Below are positions 25,277-33,042 of a stretch of DNA of 51,199 nt, one piece after another. Origin of the DNA: an uncultured Methylococcaceae bacterium (lineage in GTDB: Bacteria; Pseudomonadota; Gammaproteobacteria; Methylococcales; Methylococcaceae); assembly GCA_903911305.1 (NCBI GenBank), contig CAIWDB010000529.1, positions 1-51,199 of the forward strand. Direction: 5' to 3'. A program made the translations under genes and the position numbers. The notes beneath the pieces are model-generated. The model searched no databases, was not told the origin of the DNA, and saw only the letters and a program-made list of their open reading frames with translations. The stretch's first letter is position 1, and each line of letters opens with the position of its first letter.

Positions 25277-26739
25277 TTGCCGCCTACCTATTACTGTTTA
25301 TACCTTTGGCGGGTATGTTGATCTTGTCTTGGGTCAATGATAGCCATCAAGCCGGGCGCATCAACATACGTTTCAATACTGTGGCTCTAATTGCCTCGCT
25401 TTGGTTGGCGGTCAATGTGTTACTGCAAGGGCCAATCTTGTCGAATACCCAGATGATTTACATAGACTCATTCAATGTCTATCTGATCGCCTTGACTGCT
25501 TTCGTGGGATTGACCACTTCGATATTCTCTGGACCCTACATGGCCCACGAGCAGGAATTGGGCAAAGTCGGGAAAAAACGGCTACGCCTTTACTACACCA
25601 TGTATCAAGGCTTCATGCTGGCAATGTACTTGGTTTTGACGACCAACAACATGGGCGTGATGTGGGTGGCGATGGAAGGGGCGACGCTTGCCACGGTGTT
25701 GCTAGTTAGCCTTTACCGCACACCGGAATCGGTTGAAGCCGCTTGGAAGTATTTTATCCTCTGTGGTGTCGGCATTGCCCAAGCCTTGTTCGGAACGGTG
25801 TTGCTGTACTTTGCCTCGGAGCAAATTCAAGGCATCCAAGAAAACGCTTTGCTTTGGACGGTTCTTTACAAGAATGCCAATCTGCTCAATCCGAGTGTCA
25901 TGAGTATCGCCTTTGTGTTTTTATTGGTCGGCTACGGCACAAAAATTGGGCTTGTCCCCCTGCATAATTGGTTGCCCGATGCCCACTCCGAAGGACCAAC
26001 CCCGATGTCGGCCATTCTGTCCGGGCTGTTGCTCAATGATGCCCTCTACGCGGTAGTGCGTTGCAAAATGTTAGTGGACGGTTCTTTAGGCAACCATCAG
26101 GCCGGCAATTTGATGATGGGGTTTGGGCTGCTGTCCTTCCTTGTGGCGGTGCTGTTCCTGCACAGGCAACACGACATTAAACGTCTGTTCAGTTATTCCT
26201 CCATTGAACATATGGGGCTAATGACGTTCGCCTTCGGCATCGGCAGCCCTTGGGCCACCTTTGCCGCATTATTTCACATGACGACTCATTCGCTGACCAA
26301 ATCGGCGATTTTCGTCACCGTAGGTTATGCCTCACAATTGGCAAAAACCCAGCGGATGGAAAAAATCCGCGGACTTATTCATACCCAACCTGCCATTGGT
26401 TGGGGTTTGCTGATGGGGACTGTCGCTATTGCAGGATTCCCTCCTTTTGGCGTGTTCGCCAGTGAATTCCTTGTGCTTATCGCCACGATGGACGACTACC
26501 CTTGGCTGACTCCGTTGCTGTTACTCGGGATTGGCATTGCTTTTGCCGGATTGTTTCGTCAAATACAGCCGATGGTATACGGAGATGTGCCACAAGGACA
26601 ATTGCCCATCAAGGCAAACTTATGGCCTGTGATGATTCATCTAGGCATCGTGTTATGCCTAGGGTTGGCCATCCCTTCTTTTTTGGGCAATTGGTTTAAT
26701 CAGGCAACCCAACTCATCTCGGGAAAGCTGCCGTTATGA
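25273..26739 (+). CDS. HyfF-like, NuoM/N-type antiporter-like membrane subunit
   Basis: 488 aa. It has WVAMEGATLATVLLVS (TM5 Glu) and GYGTKIGLVPLHNWLPDAHSEGPTPMSAILSG (TM7 Lys). ATGA overlaps are present at both ends. Confidence 0.88.
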   Translation: MIAAYLLLFIPLAGMLILSWVNDSHQAGRINIRFNTVALIASLWLAVNVLLQGPILSNTQMIYIDSFNVYLIALTAFVGLTTSIFSGPYMAHEQELGKVGKKRLRLYYTMYQGFMLAMYLVLTTNNMGVMWVAMEGATLATVLLVSLYRTPESVEAAWKYFILCGVGIAQALFGTVLLYFASEQIQGIQENALLWTVLYKNANLLNPSVMSIAFVFLLVGYGTKIGLVPLHNWLPDAHSEGPTPMSAILSGLLLNDALYAVVRCKMLVDGSLGNHQAGNLMMGFGLLSFLVAVLFLHRQHDIKRLFSYSSIEHMGLMTFAFGIGSPWATFAALFHMTTHSLTKSAIFVTVGYASQLAKTQRMEKIRGLIHTQPAIGWGLLMGTVAIAGFPPFGVFASEFLVLIATMDDYPWLTPLLLLGIGIAFAGLFRQIQPMVYGDVPQGQLPIKANLWPVMIHLGIVLCLGLAIPSFLGNWFNQATQLISGKLPL

Positions 26740-28355
26740 AAGAGACCAACAAACCATTCGAAGATGAAAAAGATCGCCCTGGCCCTCTGTGGCGGTTTTT
26801 CTTGGAACTCTCCACGATTGGGCTTGATGCTCAGCCCGTAGAGCCTAGCCCTTTGTCACCCGCGCATTTGATGGACATTAAACCCAAGGACTGGGGCAGA
26901 GCGGCAGAATTGGCGAGGGGGCAGTCATGGCGATGGGTGGCGGGTTGGGCTGAAGACGAAGACAGCATGGTTTCCGTTAGCGTCTGCGTTGAACGGCAAG
27001 GCTGCTACATGGTGCTAAGAACGCGGACAAACAGTCAGTCTCCCTCCATACTCTCACATACGCCTTATTTTGCATCGGCCAACCGACCTGAACGGCACAT
27101 GCATGATTTGTTTGGCATTGAGTTTGTCAACCATACCCATCCACAACGGTGGACCCGGCATCAAGCGTGGGACAATGAAACAGCTCCTCTGCGCCATACA
27201 TTCCCCAAGGAAGGCCATCCGCCAAAACAAACACCCCCTGATAAAGACTATCCATTTTTCAAAGCCGAAGGCCACGGTGTTTACGAAATCCCAGTTGGGC
27301 CTGTTCATGCCGGGATCATTGAGCCGGGGCATTTTCGGTTTCATGCCGTAGGCGAGACTTTGCTGCACTTGGAGGAACGTTTGGGTTATGTGCATAAGGG
27401 AATGGAAAAAATTGCCGAAGGTCGGACAGCGGACTCTTTGGCGAGACTGGCCGGTCGGGTTTCAGGTGACACCACAGTGGGTCATGCCTTTGCCGCTTGT
27501 TTGGCGATGGAACGCGCTGCGAATATCGAAGTGCCGCTGCGAGCCTCTTTTATTCGCGGTTTAATGGCCGAACGGGAGCGGGTTGCCAATCATTTGTGGG
27601 ACATGGGGATGATTTGCAACGATGTTGGCTTTGCCTTCGCCTATTACCAGTTTGGTCGGCTTAGGGAGTTATGGCTGCGAGACAATCAAGCCCTATTCGG
27701 ACACAGGCTGCTGATGGACAGGATCATCCCCGGCGGTGTCAAATTCGATGTGTCAACCGAGGCGGTAAATCGCATGAAGGATTCTTTCAAGGGATTGCGA
27801 CGTGAACTGGATCAACTCATCACCATCATCGACCAAAATTCGTCACTTGAAGATCGCCTGGTCACCACCGGACATTTGACACTGGCAGATGCGCAAACAC
27901 TGGGGGTACTTGGGTATGTCGGCCGGTCTAGCGGGCAGACCTTTGACGTGCGCCACGATGCGCCCTATCCACCTTACGACCAATTGGAGGTCAAAGTGCC
28001 AGTGGAAGAACAGGGCGATGTGGCATCCCGCTTTTGGGTCCGTTACAAGGAAACGCGGGTGGCTTTGAAACTGATGGAAAAGCTGCTCGACAAGTTGCCA
28101 GAAGGGGATATTGCCATTGCATGGGTAAATCCGAAAACGGGAGCCGAAGGCTTTGGGGTGGTTGAAGGTTGGCGAGGGGAAATTCTCAGTTATGTGCGAT
28201 TTGGCGAAAACGGTTGCATCAGCCGCTATTACCCACGAGACCCCAGCATAGTCAATTGGCCTGCCTTAGAAAAACTTGTCCTAGGCAATATCGTCCCCGA
28301 CTTTCCCGTTTGCAACAAATCGGTCAATGGATCTTACTCGGGCAACGACTTATAG
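26736..28355 (+). CDS. HyfG/HycE-like fused NuoC-NuoD-type subunit lacking all four [NiFe] cysteine ligands
   Basis: 539 aa. A NuoC-like N-terminal domain is followed by the core IPVGPVHAGIIEPGHFRFHAVGETLLHLEERLGYVHKGMEK. The L1 position reads RVSGDTTVGH (27456..27485) instead of RxCGxCxxxH. The C-terminus reads DFPVCNKSVNGSYSGNDL (28299..28352) instead of D(I/F)P...DPCxxCxDR. Confidence 0.88.
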   Translation: MKETNKPFEDEKDRPGPLWRFFLELSTIGLDAQPVEPSPLSPAHLMDIKPKDWGRAAELARGQSWRWVAGWAEDEDSMVSVSVCVERQGCYMVLRTRTNSQSPSILSHTPYFASANRPERHMHDLFGIEFVNHTHPQRWTRHQAWDNETAPLRHTFPKEGHPPKQTPPDKDYPFFKAEGHGVYEIPVGPVHAGIIEPGHFRFHAVGETLLHLEERLGYVHKGMEKIAEGRTADSLARLAGRVSGDTTVGHAFAACLAMERAANIEVPLRASFIRGLMAERERVANHLWDMGMICNDVGFAFAYYQFGRLRELWLRDNQALFGHRLLMDRIIPGGVKFDVSTEAVNRMKDSFKGLRRELDQLITIIDQNSSLEDRLVTTGHLTLADAQTLGVLGYVGRSSGQTFDVRHDAPYPPYDQLEVKVPVEEQGDVASRFWVRYKETRVALKLMEKLLDKLPEGDIAIAWVNPKTGAEGFGVVEGWRGEILSYVRFGENGCISRYYPRDPSIVNWPALEKLVLGNIVPDFPVCNKSVNGSYSGNDL

Positions 28356-28365
28356 AGGTAATGGG

Positions 28366-28911
28366 ATGTTAGGCATTTATCGAAAAATCTTAACCACGGG
28401 CATGTTGACGGAAAAGTTTGCCAGACACATAAAGAAACCGAAACAGTCCGCCATAGAAATTCGCGAACCGGAAATTGATGCGCTTGGCAATACATTGAAA
28501 TCCACCATTGACAGACGTTTTGCGGGTAGTCTGCATATTCGCCAAGTGGATGCCGGTTCCTGCAATGGGTGCGAGTTGGAAATACATGCACTCAACAATG
28601 TCTATTATGACATTGAGCGTTTCGGTGTACATTTTGTGGCATCGCCCCGCCATGCCGATGTGTTGTTGGTGACTGGGCCGGTTTCCCGCAACATGGAGGA
28701 GGCATTGCGTAGAACCTATGAAGCAACCGCCAATCCGAAATGGGTGATTGCCGTGGGCGACTGCGGGGCATGTGGCGGTGAGTTTGGCGTGTCCTATGCC
28801 AGTTGCGGCGCGGTTTCCAACGTCATCCCAGTCGATGCCGTCATACCCGGATGTCCACCGACACCAGTGGATTTAATGCGGGGCATTTTAGATTTATTCG
28901 CAAAACATTAG
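28366..28911 (+). CDS. HyfI/HycG-like, NuoB-type [4Fe-4S] subunit
   Basis: I prefer ATG 28366 (GAGG RBS, after the upstream stop) over the track start at 28327. The cysteine motifs SCNGCELE, AVGDCGACGG and IPGCPP are retained. Confidence 0.88.
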   Translation: MLGIYRKILTTGMLTEKFARHIKKPKQSAIEIREPEIDALGNTLKSTIDRRFAGSLHIRQVDAGSCNGCELEIHALNNVYYDIERFGVHFVASPRHADVLLVTGPVSRNMEEALRRTYEATANPKWVIAVGDCGACGGEFGVSYASCGAVSNVIPVDAVIPGCPPTPVDLMRGILDLFAKH

Positions 28912-28932
28912 GGTATCTCGAAAAACCCCGCA

Positions 28933-29001
28933 CTTCGACAAGTTCAGTGCGGACGGTTTCAGTAAAATCAATCTCTTCCGTTCGTGCTGAGCCTGTCGAA
29001 G
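28933..29001 (+). repeat. REP-like long hairpin immediately 3' of the hyf-like operon
   Basis: The 24-nt arms are 28933..28956 and 28978..29001, with a 21-nt loop. There are 19 Watson-Crick pairs plus 4 positions that are G.U only in the plus-strand RNA, and 1 A.C mismatch. A 12-nt arm core (ttcgacaagttc) recurs at 11025..11036. Confidence 0.55.
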
Positions 29002-29535
29002 CATGAACATAAGCAGTTTTTCGAGGTTCCCCTTAGATTTGGCTGGCGACACCTTCTTGCCATTAAAGCGCTTGCCTGTCGTGAAATAGCGACACCTATT
29101 TTTAAGTTTTTGGTTGGATTCAAATATTCCTGTTGATTTATAACGTATTTTCTGCCCGCCCACTTTGTCGCCGAGTCAATATCTGCCAAAATACAGTCTC
29201 TCACATAAAGTATTTCGTCACCTAGAACCCCCCAATATGGATCATCACTTCCTCTAATTGCTTATTTCAAGATTAATCGCCAAATATTGGCATATATTCC
29301 CTAGCATCCTTATTCAAGATGTCTAGTCTAATTCCGGAACAACTCCTTAACTAATGGCATCCATTTTGCCTACTTGCTGTGGGATTGGGGCCATCGGTTT
29401 GCATCTGCCTTTACTCTCAGAAAGATTTGGAAACAACCGTGCGCGCCCCATTGCTATGGCCCAATCAAACTAGGGCAACGGTATAAGCCTTGGCTTAAAG
29501 GGTTCTGAGTTTTTCTGATGAGTGAGGAGATCGCC

Positions 29536-31518
29536 ATGAATAGTAATATTAGTCGAGCAATTTTAATTTTGTGCGCCAGCACAATCGCCGCCCCCGCTTG
29601 GGTAGAGGCTGATCCGGTATTTAAAGCGCGAAATCGGATTCCCAACCAATATATTGTGGTGTTTAACGGCAATGCCGCCACGACGGATTATTTTACAGGG
29701 CAAACTGCGGTCGATGTCGATGCCAAGGCAGATGAGATGGCCTATAAACATCGTTTCTCTGTGGATCGTAGATGGAAACATGCCATCAAGGGCATGGTGG
29801 CACGCATGACACCGGCGCAGGCGGAAGCCCTTGCCAAAGACCCTGATGTGGCCCTAGTGGAAGAAGACGGTGTGATGAGCATCAACACAACACAATCGGG
29901 TGCCACTTGGGGGATAGACCGCATCGATCAACGCAATTTACCCCTTGGAAGCACCTATGCATACACGCCGACCGGTAGCGGTGTCACCGCGTATGTGATT
30001 GATACGGGCATATTGAGGACTCATGCAGAATTTGGCAGCCGGGCCGTTGGCGGTTTCACGGCCATATCCGATGCATACGGCACCAGTGATTGTAACGGAC
30101 ACGGGACTCATGTCGCAGGCACTATCGGCAGCAACACGTATGGTGTCGCCAAATCTGTCAAACTTGTCGCAGTCCGTGTACTGGATTGCAGCGGATCAGG
30201 CACCACATCAGGTGTCATTTCAGGAGTTGAATGGGTGACGAAAAATAGGGTTTTGCCAGCGGTAGCCAATATGAGCCTTGGTGGGGGTGCTTCGGCCGCT
30301 TTGGATACGGCAGTCAAAACCTCGATTGCGGCAGGGGTGACTTATGCCATAGCCGCCGGGAATTCAACAGCCGATGCATGTTCGGGTTCTCCTTCTCGGG
30401 TGACAGAAGCCATCACCGTGGGCGCCACTGACAATACTGACACTAAACCATCATGGTCGAATTACGGCAGTTGTCTGGATATTTTTGCGCCAGGTGTCAA
30501 CATTACCTCAACTTGGGCAACCAGTGCCACGGCGACAAACACCATCAGCGGCACGTCGATGGCCACACCGCATGTGGCTGGCGCGGCAGCACTTTACCTT
30601 TCAACTCTGCCCGGAGCTACCCCGGCACAAGTTGCAACGGCTTTGACTGGCAATTCCACCTTAAACAAAGTCGTCAGCCCGGGAACTGGGTCAGTCAATA
30701 AATTACTTTACACCGGATTCATCGCACCACCAGTGCCTGATACCGCCCCACCGACGGCAAGCTTGACTTCGCCAACGGCAAACCAGACTTTGACCGGCAG
30801 TATCGTGCTAAAGGCTAATTCCACTGATGATGTGGGTGTCGCAAAGGTCGAGTTTTTTGTAAATGGCACAACTTTGCTAGGAACTGCAACAAGCTCCCCT
30901 TATCAATTGACTTGGAATTCGGCCTCTTTACTCAACGGTAAATACAGCTTCACCGCCAAGGCGACTGACACGGCTGGTAAAAGTACCACTTCAGCAGGAA
31001 TTTCAGCCACTATTGCAAACCCGGTTGCTCCGCCAGCTTGCTCCACCTCCAGCCAATTGCTTGTCAATTCTGGTTTTGAATCGGGCGCATCTAGTTGGAC
31101 GGCAACCACCGGTGTCGTCACCAACAGTTCGGCTTATGCCTCTCACGCCGGGACTTGGAAAGCCAAGCTAAATGGGTATGGTACGTCGCGCAGTGATTAT
31201 GCCTACCAGCAAGTCAGCATTCCCGTCAACGCTTGCACGGCTAATCTAAATTTCTGGTTGTCTATCACTACAAAAGAAACAACGACCGTCACGGCTTACG
31301 ACAAGATGTACGCTTTAGTGGTGGACACCAATGGTTATATTCTAGGAACTCTTGCGACCTATTCCAATGTGAACAAGACCAAGGGGTTTGTCCAGAAATC
31401 ATTTGATTTGAAAGCTTACAAGGGCAAGACAGTGCGTATTTATTTCCTTGGCATTGAAGATAGCATCTTGGCCACCAGTTTCGTCATTGACGATGTGACT
31501 TTGAATGTCACACAATAA
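29536..31518 (+). CDS. secreted S8 (subtilisin/proteinase-K-like) serine peptidase with I9 propeptide and C-terminal accessory domains
   Basis: I prefer ATG 29536 (GAGGAG RBS 6 nt upstream). The signal peptide is MNSNISRAILILCASTIAAPAWVEA. The catalytic triad motifs are AYVIDTGI, HGTHVAGT and GTSMATPHVAG. An Ig-like module (VAKVEFFVNGTTLLGTATSSPYQLTWNS) and a ~165-aa beta-rich C-terminal domain follow. Confidence 0.9.
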   Translation: MNSNISRAILILCASTIAAPAWVEADPVFKARNRIPNQYIVVFNGNAATTDYFTGQTAVDVDAKADEMAYKHRFSVDRRWKHAIKGMVARMTPAQAEALAKDPDVALVEEDGVMSINTTQSGATWGIDRIDQRNLPLGSTYAYTPTGSGVTAYVIDTGILRTHAEFGSRAVGGFTAISDAYGTSDCNGHGTHVAGTIGSNTYGVAKSVKLVAVRVLDCSGSGTTSGVISGVEWVTKNRVLPAVANMSLGGGASAALDTAVKTSIAAGVTYAIAAGNSTADACSGSPSRVTEAITVGATDNTDTKPSWSNYGSCLDIFAPGVNITSTWATSATATNTISGTSMATPHVAGAAALYLSTLPGATPAQVATALTGNSTLNKVVSPGTGSVNKLLYTGFIAPPVPDTAPPTASLTSPTANQTLTGSIVLKANSTDDVGVAKVEFFVNGTTLLGTATSSPYQLTWNSASLLNGKYSFTAKATDTAGKSTTSAGISATIANPVAPPACSTSSQLLVNSGFESGASSWTATTGVVTNSSAYASHAGTWKAKLNGYGTSRSDYAYQQVSIPVNACTANLNFWLSITTKETTTVTAYDKMYALVVDTNGYILGTLATYSNVNKTKGFVQKSFDLKAYKGKTVRIYFLGIEDSILATSFVIDDVTLNVTQ

Positions 31519-31547
31519 AGCCAGCGTTTAAAGCCTCAAAATAACTC

Positions 31548-31588
31548 AAGCCCGGCTCGGTAAGTAAACCGAGCCGGGCTTTCTTCGT
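31548..31588. terminator. strong intrinsic terminator between the convergent S8 and ygjP-like genes
   Basis: Perfect 13-bp stem aagcccggctcgg/ccgagccgggctt with an 8-nt loop, followed by tcttcgtt on the plus strand. Confidence 0.75.
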
Positions 31589-32329
31589 TCAAATATTGAA
31601 CCGTCGCATCAAATCCCCCCCGTGAAATTTGAGCCAGCGTCGTTCCTCAGCGTATTTGGGGTAGTGCTTGCCCACTAATGACCAAAAGGCAGGGGAATGG
31701 TTACGTTCGGCGATATGGCATAATTCATGAATCACCACATATTCCAACACTGATTCCGGGGCAAGCGCCAGCAGCCAATTGATATTGATGTCATTGCGCG
31801 GCCCGCAACTGCCCCATCGGGTCTTCATGTGTTTGATGCGGATTTCACGATGGTGAAGATTGCAGCGTAGGGCATGACGCTCTGCAAGCAAAGCCACGCG
31901 CACCCGCAACCAACGGCACACCCAAGCGTAGAATGCTCTCAGGGCCACCTCGTCACGTGCTTCCCCCAAGCCCTGCGGAAGCATGATCTGAACCGTTTCG
32001 TCCACGGTGATTTTTACCCTACCCCTCGAACCCTCCTGGACGAAAAGAGGTATATCTTTGCCCCGCCAAGGGATAGTCGGGCAAGCGGTGAAACTTTCCA
32101 CTGGACGAACCCGGCTAAGCTTGTCATTCAATTCCAGCAATTTTCCTTCCGCCCAAGCCTTGTGCTTGTCTAAAAATGCCAAGGCATGGGATTCTGCCAT
32201 CCCTCTCGGAACCACCAGTTCAATAAGCCCTGGCTTCACTGCCAGGCGTAAACGCTTGGCTTTGGCACTGCGTCGAATTTGTATGGCGTCTGATGAAGAT
32301 TTGGCCGACTGAGTGGAATTGGCTTCCAT
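31589..32329 (-). CDS. YgjP-like zinc metallohydrolase (DUF45 / M48-like, HExxH)
   Basis: 246 aa. It has RWGSCGPRNDININWLL followed by LEYVVIHELCHIAERNHSPAFW, which is characteristic of the DUF45/YgjP family. Confidence 0.75.
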   Translation of the reverse strand: MEANSTQSAKSSSDAIQIRRSAKAKRLRLAVKPGLIELVVPRGMAESHALAFLDKHKAWAEGKLLELNDKLSRVRPVESFTACPTIPWRGKDIPLFVQEGSRGRVKITVDETVQIMLPQGLGEARDEVALRAFYAWVCRWLRVRVALLAERHALRCNLHHREIRIKHMKTRWGSCGPRNDININWLLALAPESVLEYVVIHELCHIAERNHSPAFWSLVGKHYPKYAEERRWLKFHGGDLMRRFNI

Positions 32330-32332
32330 AAG

Positions 32333-32836
32333 CTAAACCACACCCTTGCGGATTGAGTTCACTGTAAGTTCAAGATCACCCGCTGGACGCCGCCAGACCA
32401 CGCTGTCGTCGATTTGAGCATCCATCAATGCGCGGGCTAAAGGCGATACCCAACTGATTTTTCCAGAAGCAACATCGGCCTCGTCTTCCCCGACGATTGA
32501 AAAACATAAGATGCTGCCTTCAGTGTCAACCACCTCAACCGTGGAACCAAAATGCACATGCCCGTCCGATTGGGTAGCGGGGTTCAACAGCACGGCGGTC
32601 CTTACACGCTCGTCGTAATAGCGTAAATCCCGCTCCACAGACTTCAGTCGTTGCCGGTTGCCAATATCTTCACTCCCGACCAATTCGTTGCGTAAGGCTT
32701 GCAGTTCGCGCAGCTTATCATGCAGCATTCGCGCACCCTCTGGTGTGACATAGTTTGGGTGGGGGCTGACAGGTCGTGCGGGTAATTCTTCATACGCTTG
32801 GTCCCCGTCGGTCTCTTTCATGAATGCTCGGCTCAT
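32333..32836 (-). CDS. GreA/GreB-family protein (short 'MSRAFxKE' paralogue class)
   Basis: 167 aa. The C-terminal domain VHFGSTVEVVDTEGSILCFSIVGEDEADVASGKISWVSPLARALMDAQIDDSVVWRRPAG matches the Gre C-terminal fold. The N-terminal coiled coil is short and divergent. Confidence 0.75.
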   Translation of the reverse strand: MSRAFMKETDGDQAYEELPARPVSPHPNYVTPEGARMLHDKLRELQALRNELVGSEDIGNRQRLKSVERDLRYYDERVRTAVLLNPATQSDGHVHFGSTVEVVDTEGSILCFSIVGEDEADVASGKISWVSPLARALMDAQIDDSVVWRRPAGDLELTVNSIRKGVV

Positions 32837-33042
32837 AATTGGATTTTCATAGGATAGGTGGATTTTTCCAAGATTTATTGTCAGTACAGATCAGGGCGGT
32901 TTGGATAAGGTCAGGAATTTTATACAAGGTGAATATGAGTTTAATAGGGGATATTGTATTTTCCAAATTTAACGCCACAGGACATCCTCGATATTGATAC
33001 AGTAGTAATCCACAATTCGGATATCCATTCGCTTTTCAGCCT

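Noticed and set aside
23801-26699. Alternative-frame ORFs within the hyf-like membrane subunit genes (e.g. 23801..24262, 24974..25246, 25401..25709, 26250..26465).
   Set aside because: They are embedded in frames with clear NuoH/NuoN-type motifs. Their products are His/Arg/Gly-rich, as expected from out-of-frame reading of hydrophobic codons.
28894-29204. Two overlapping minus-strand ORFs that I considered calling a frameshifted transposase, toxin or RAYT remnant.
   Set aside because: I could not match either translation to any family signature from memory. I kept it only as a finding to be checked by BLASTX, not as a feature.
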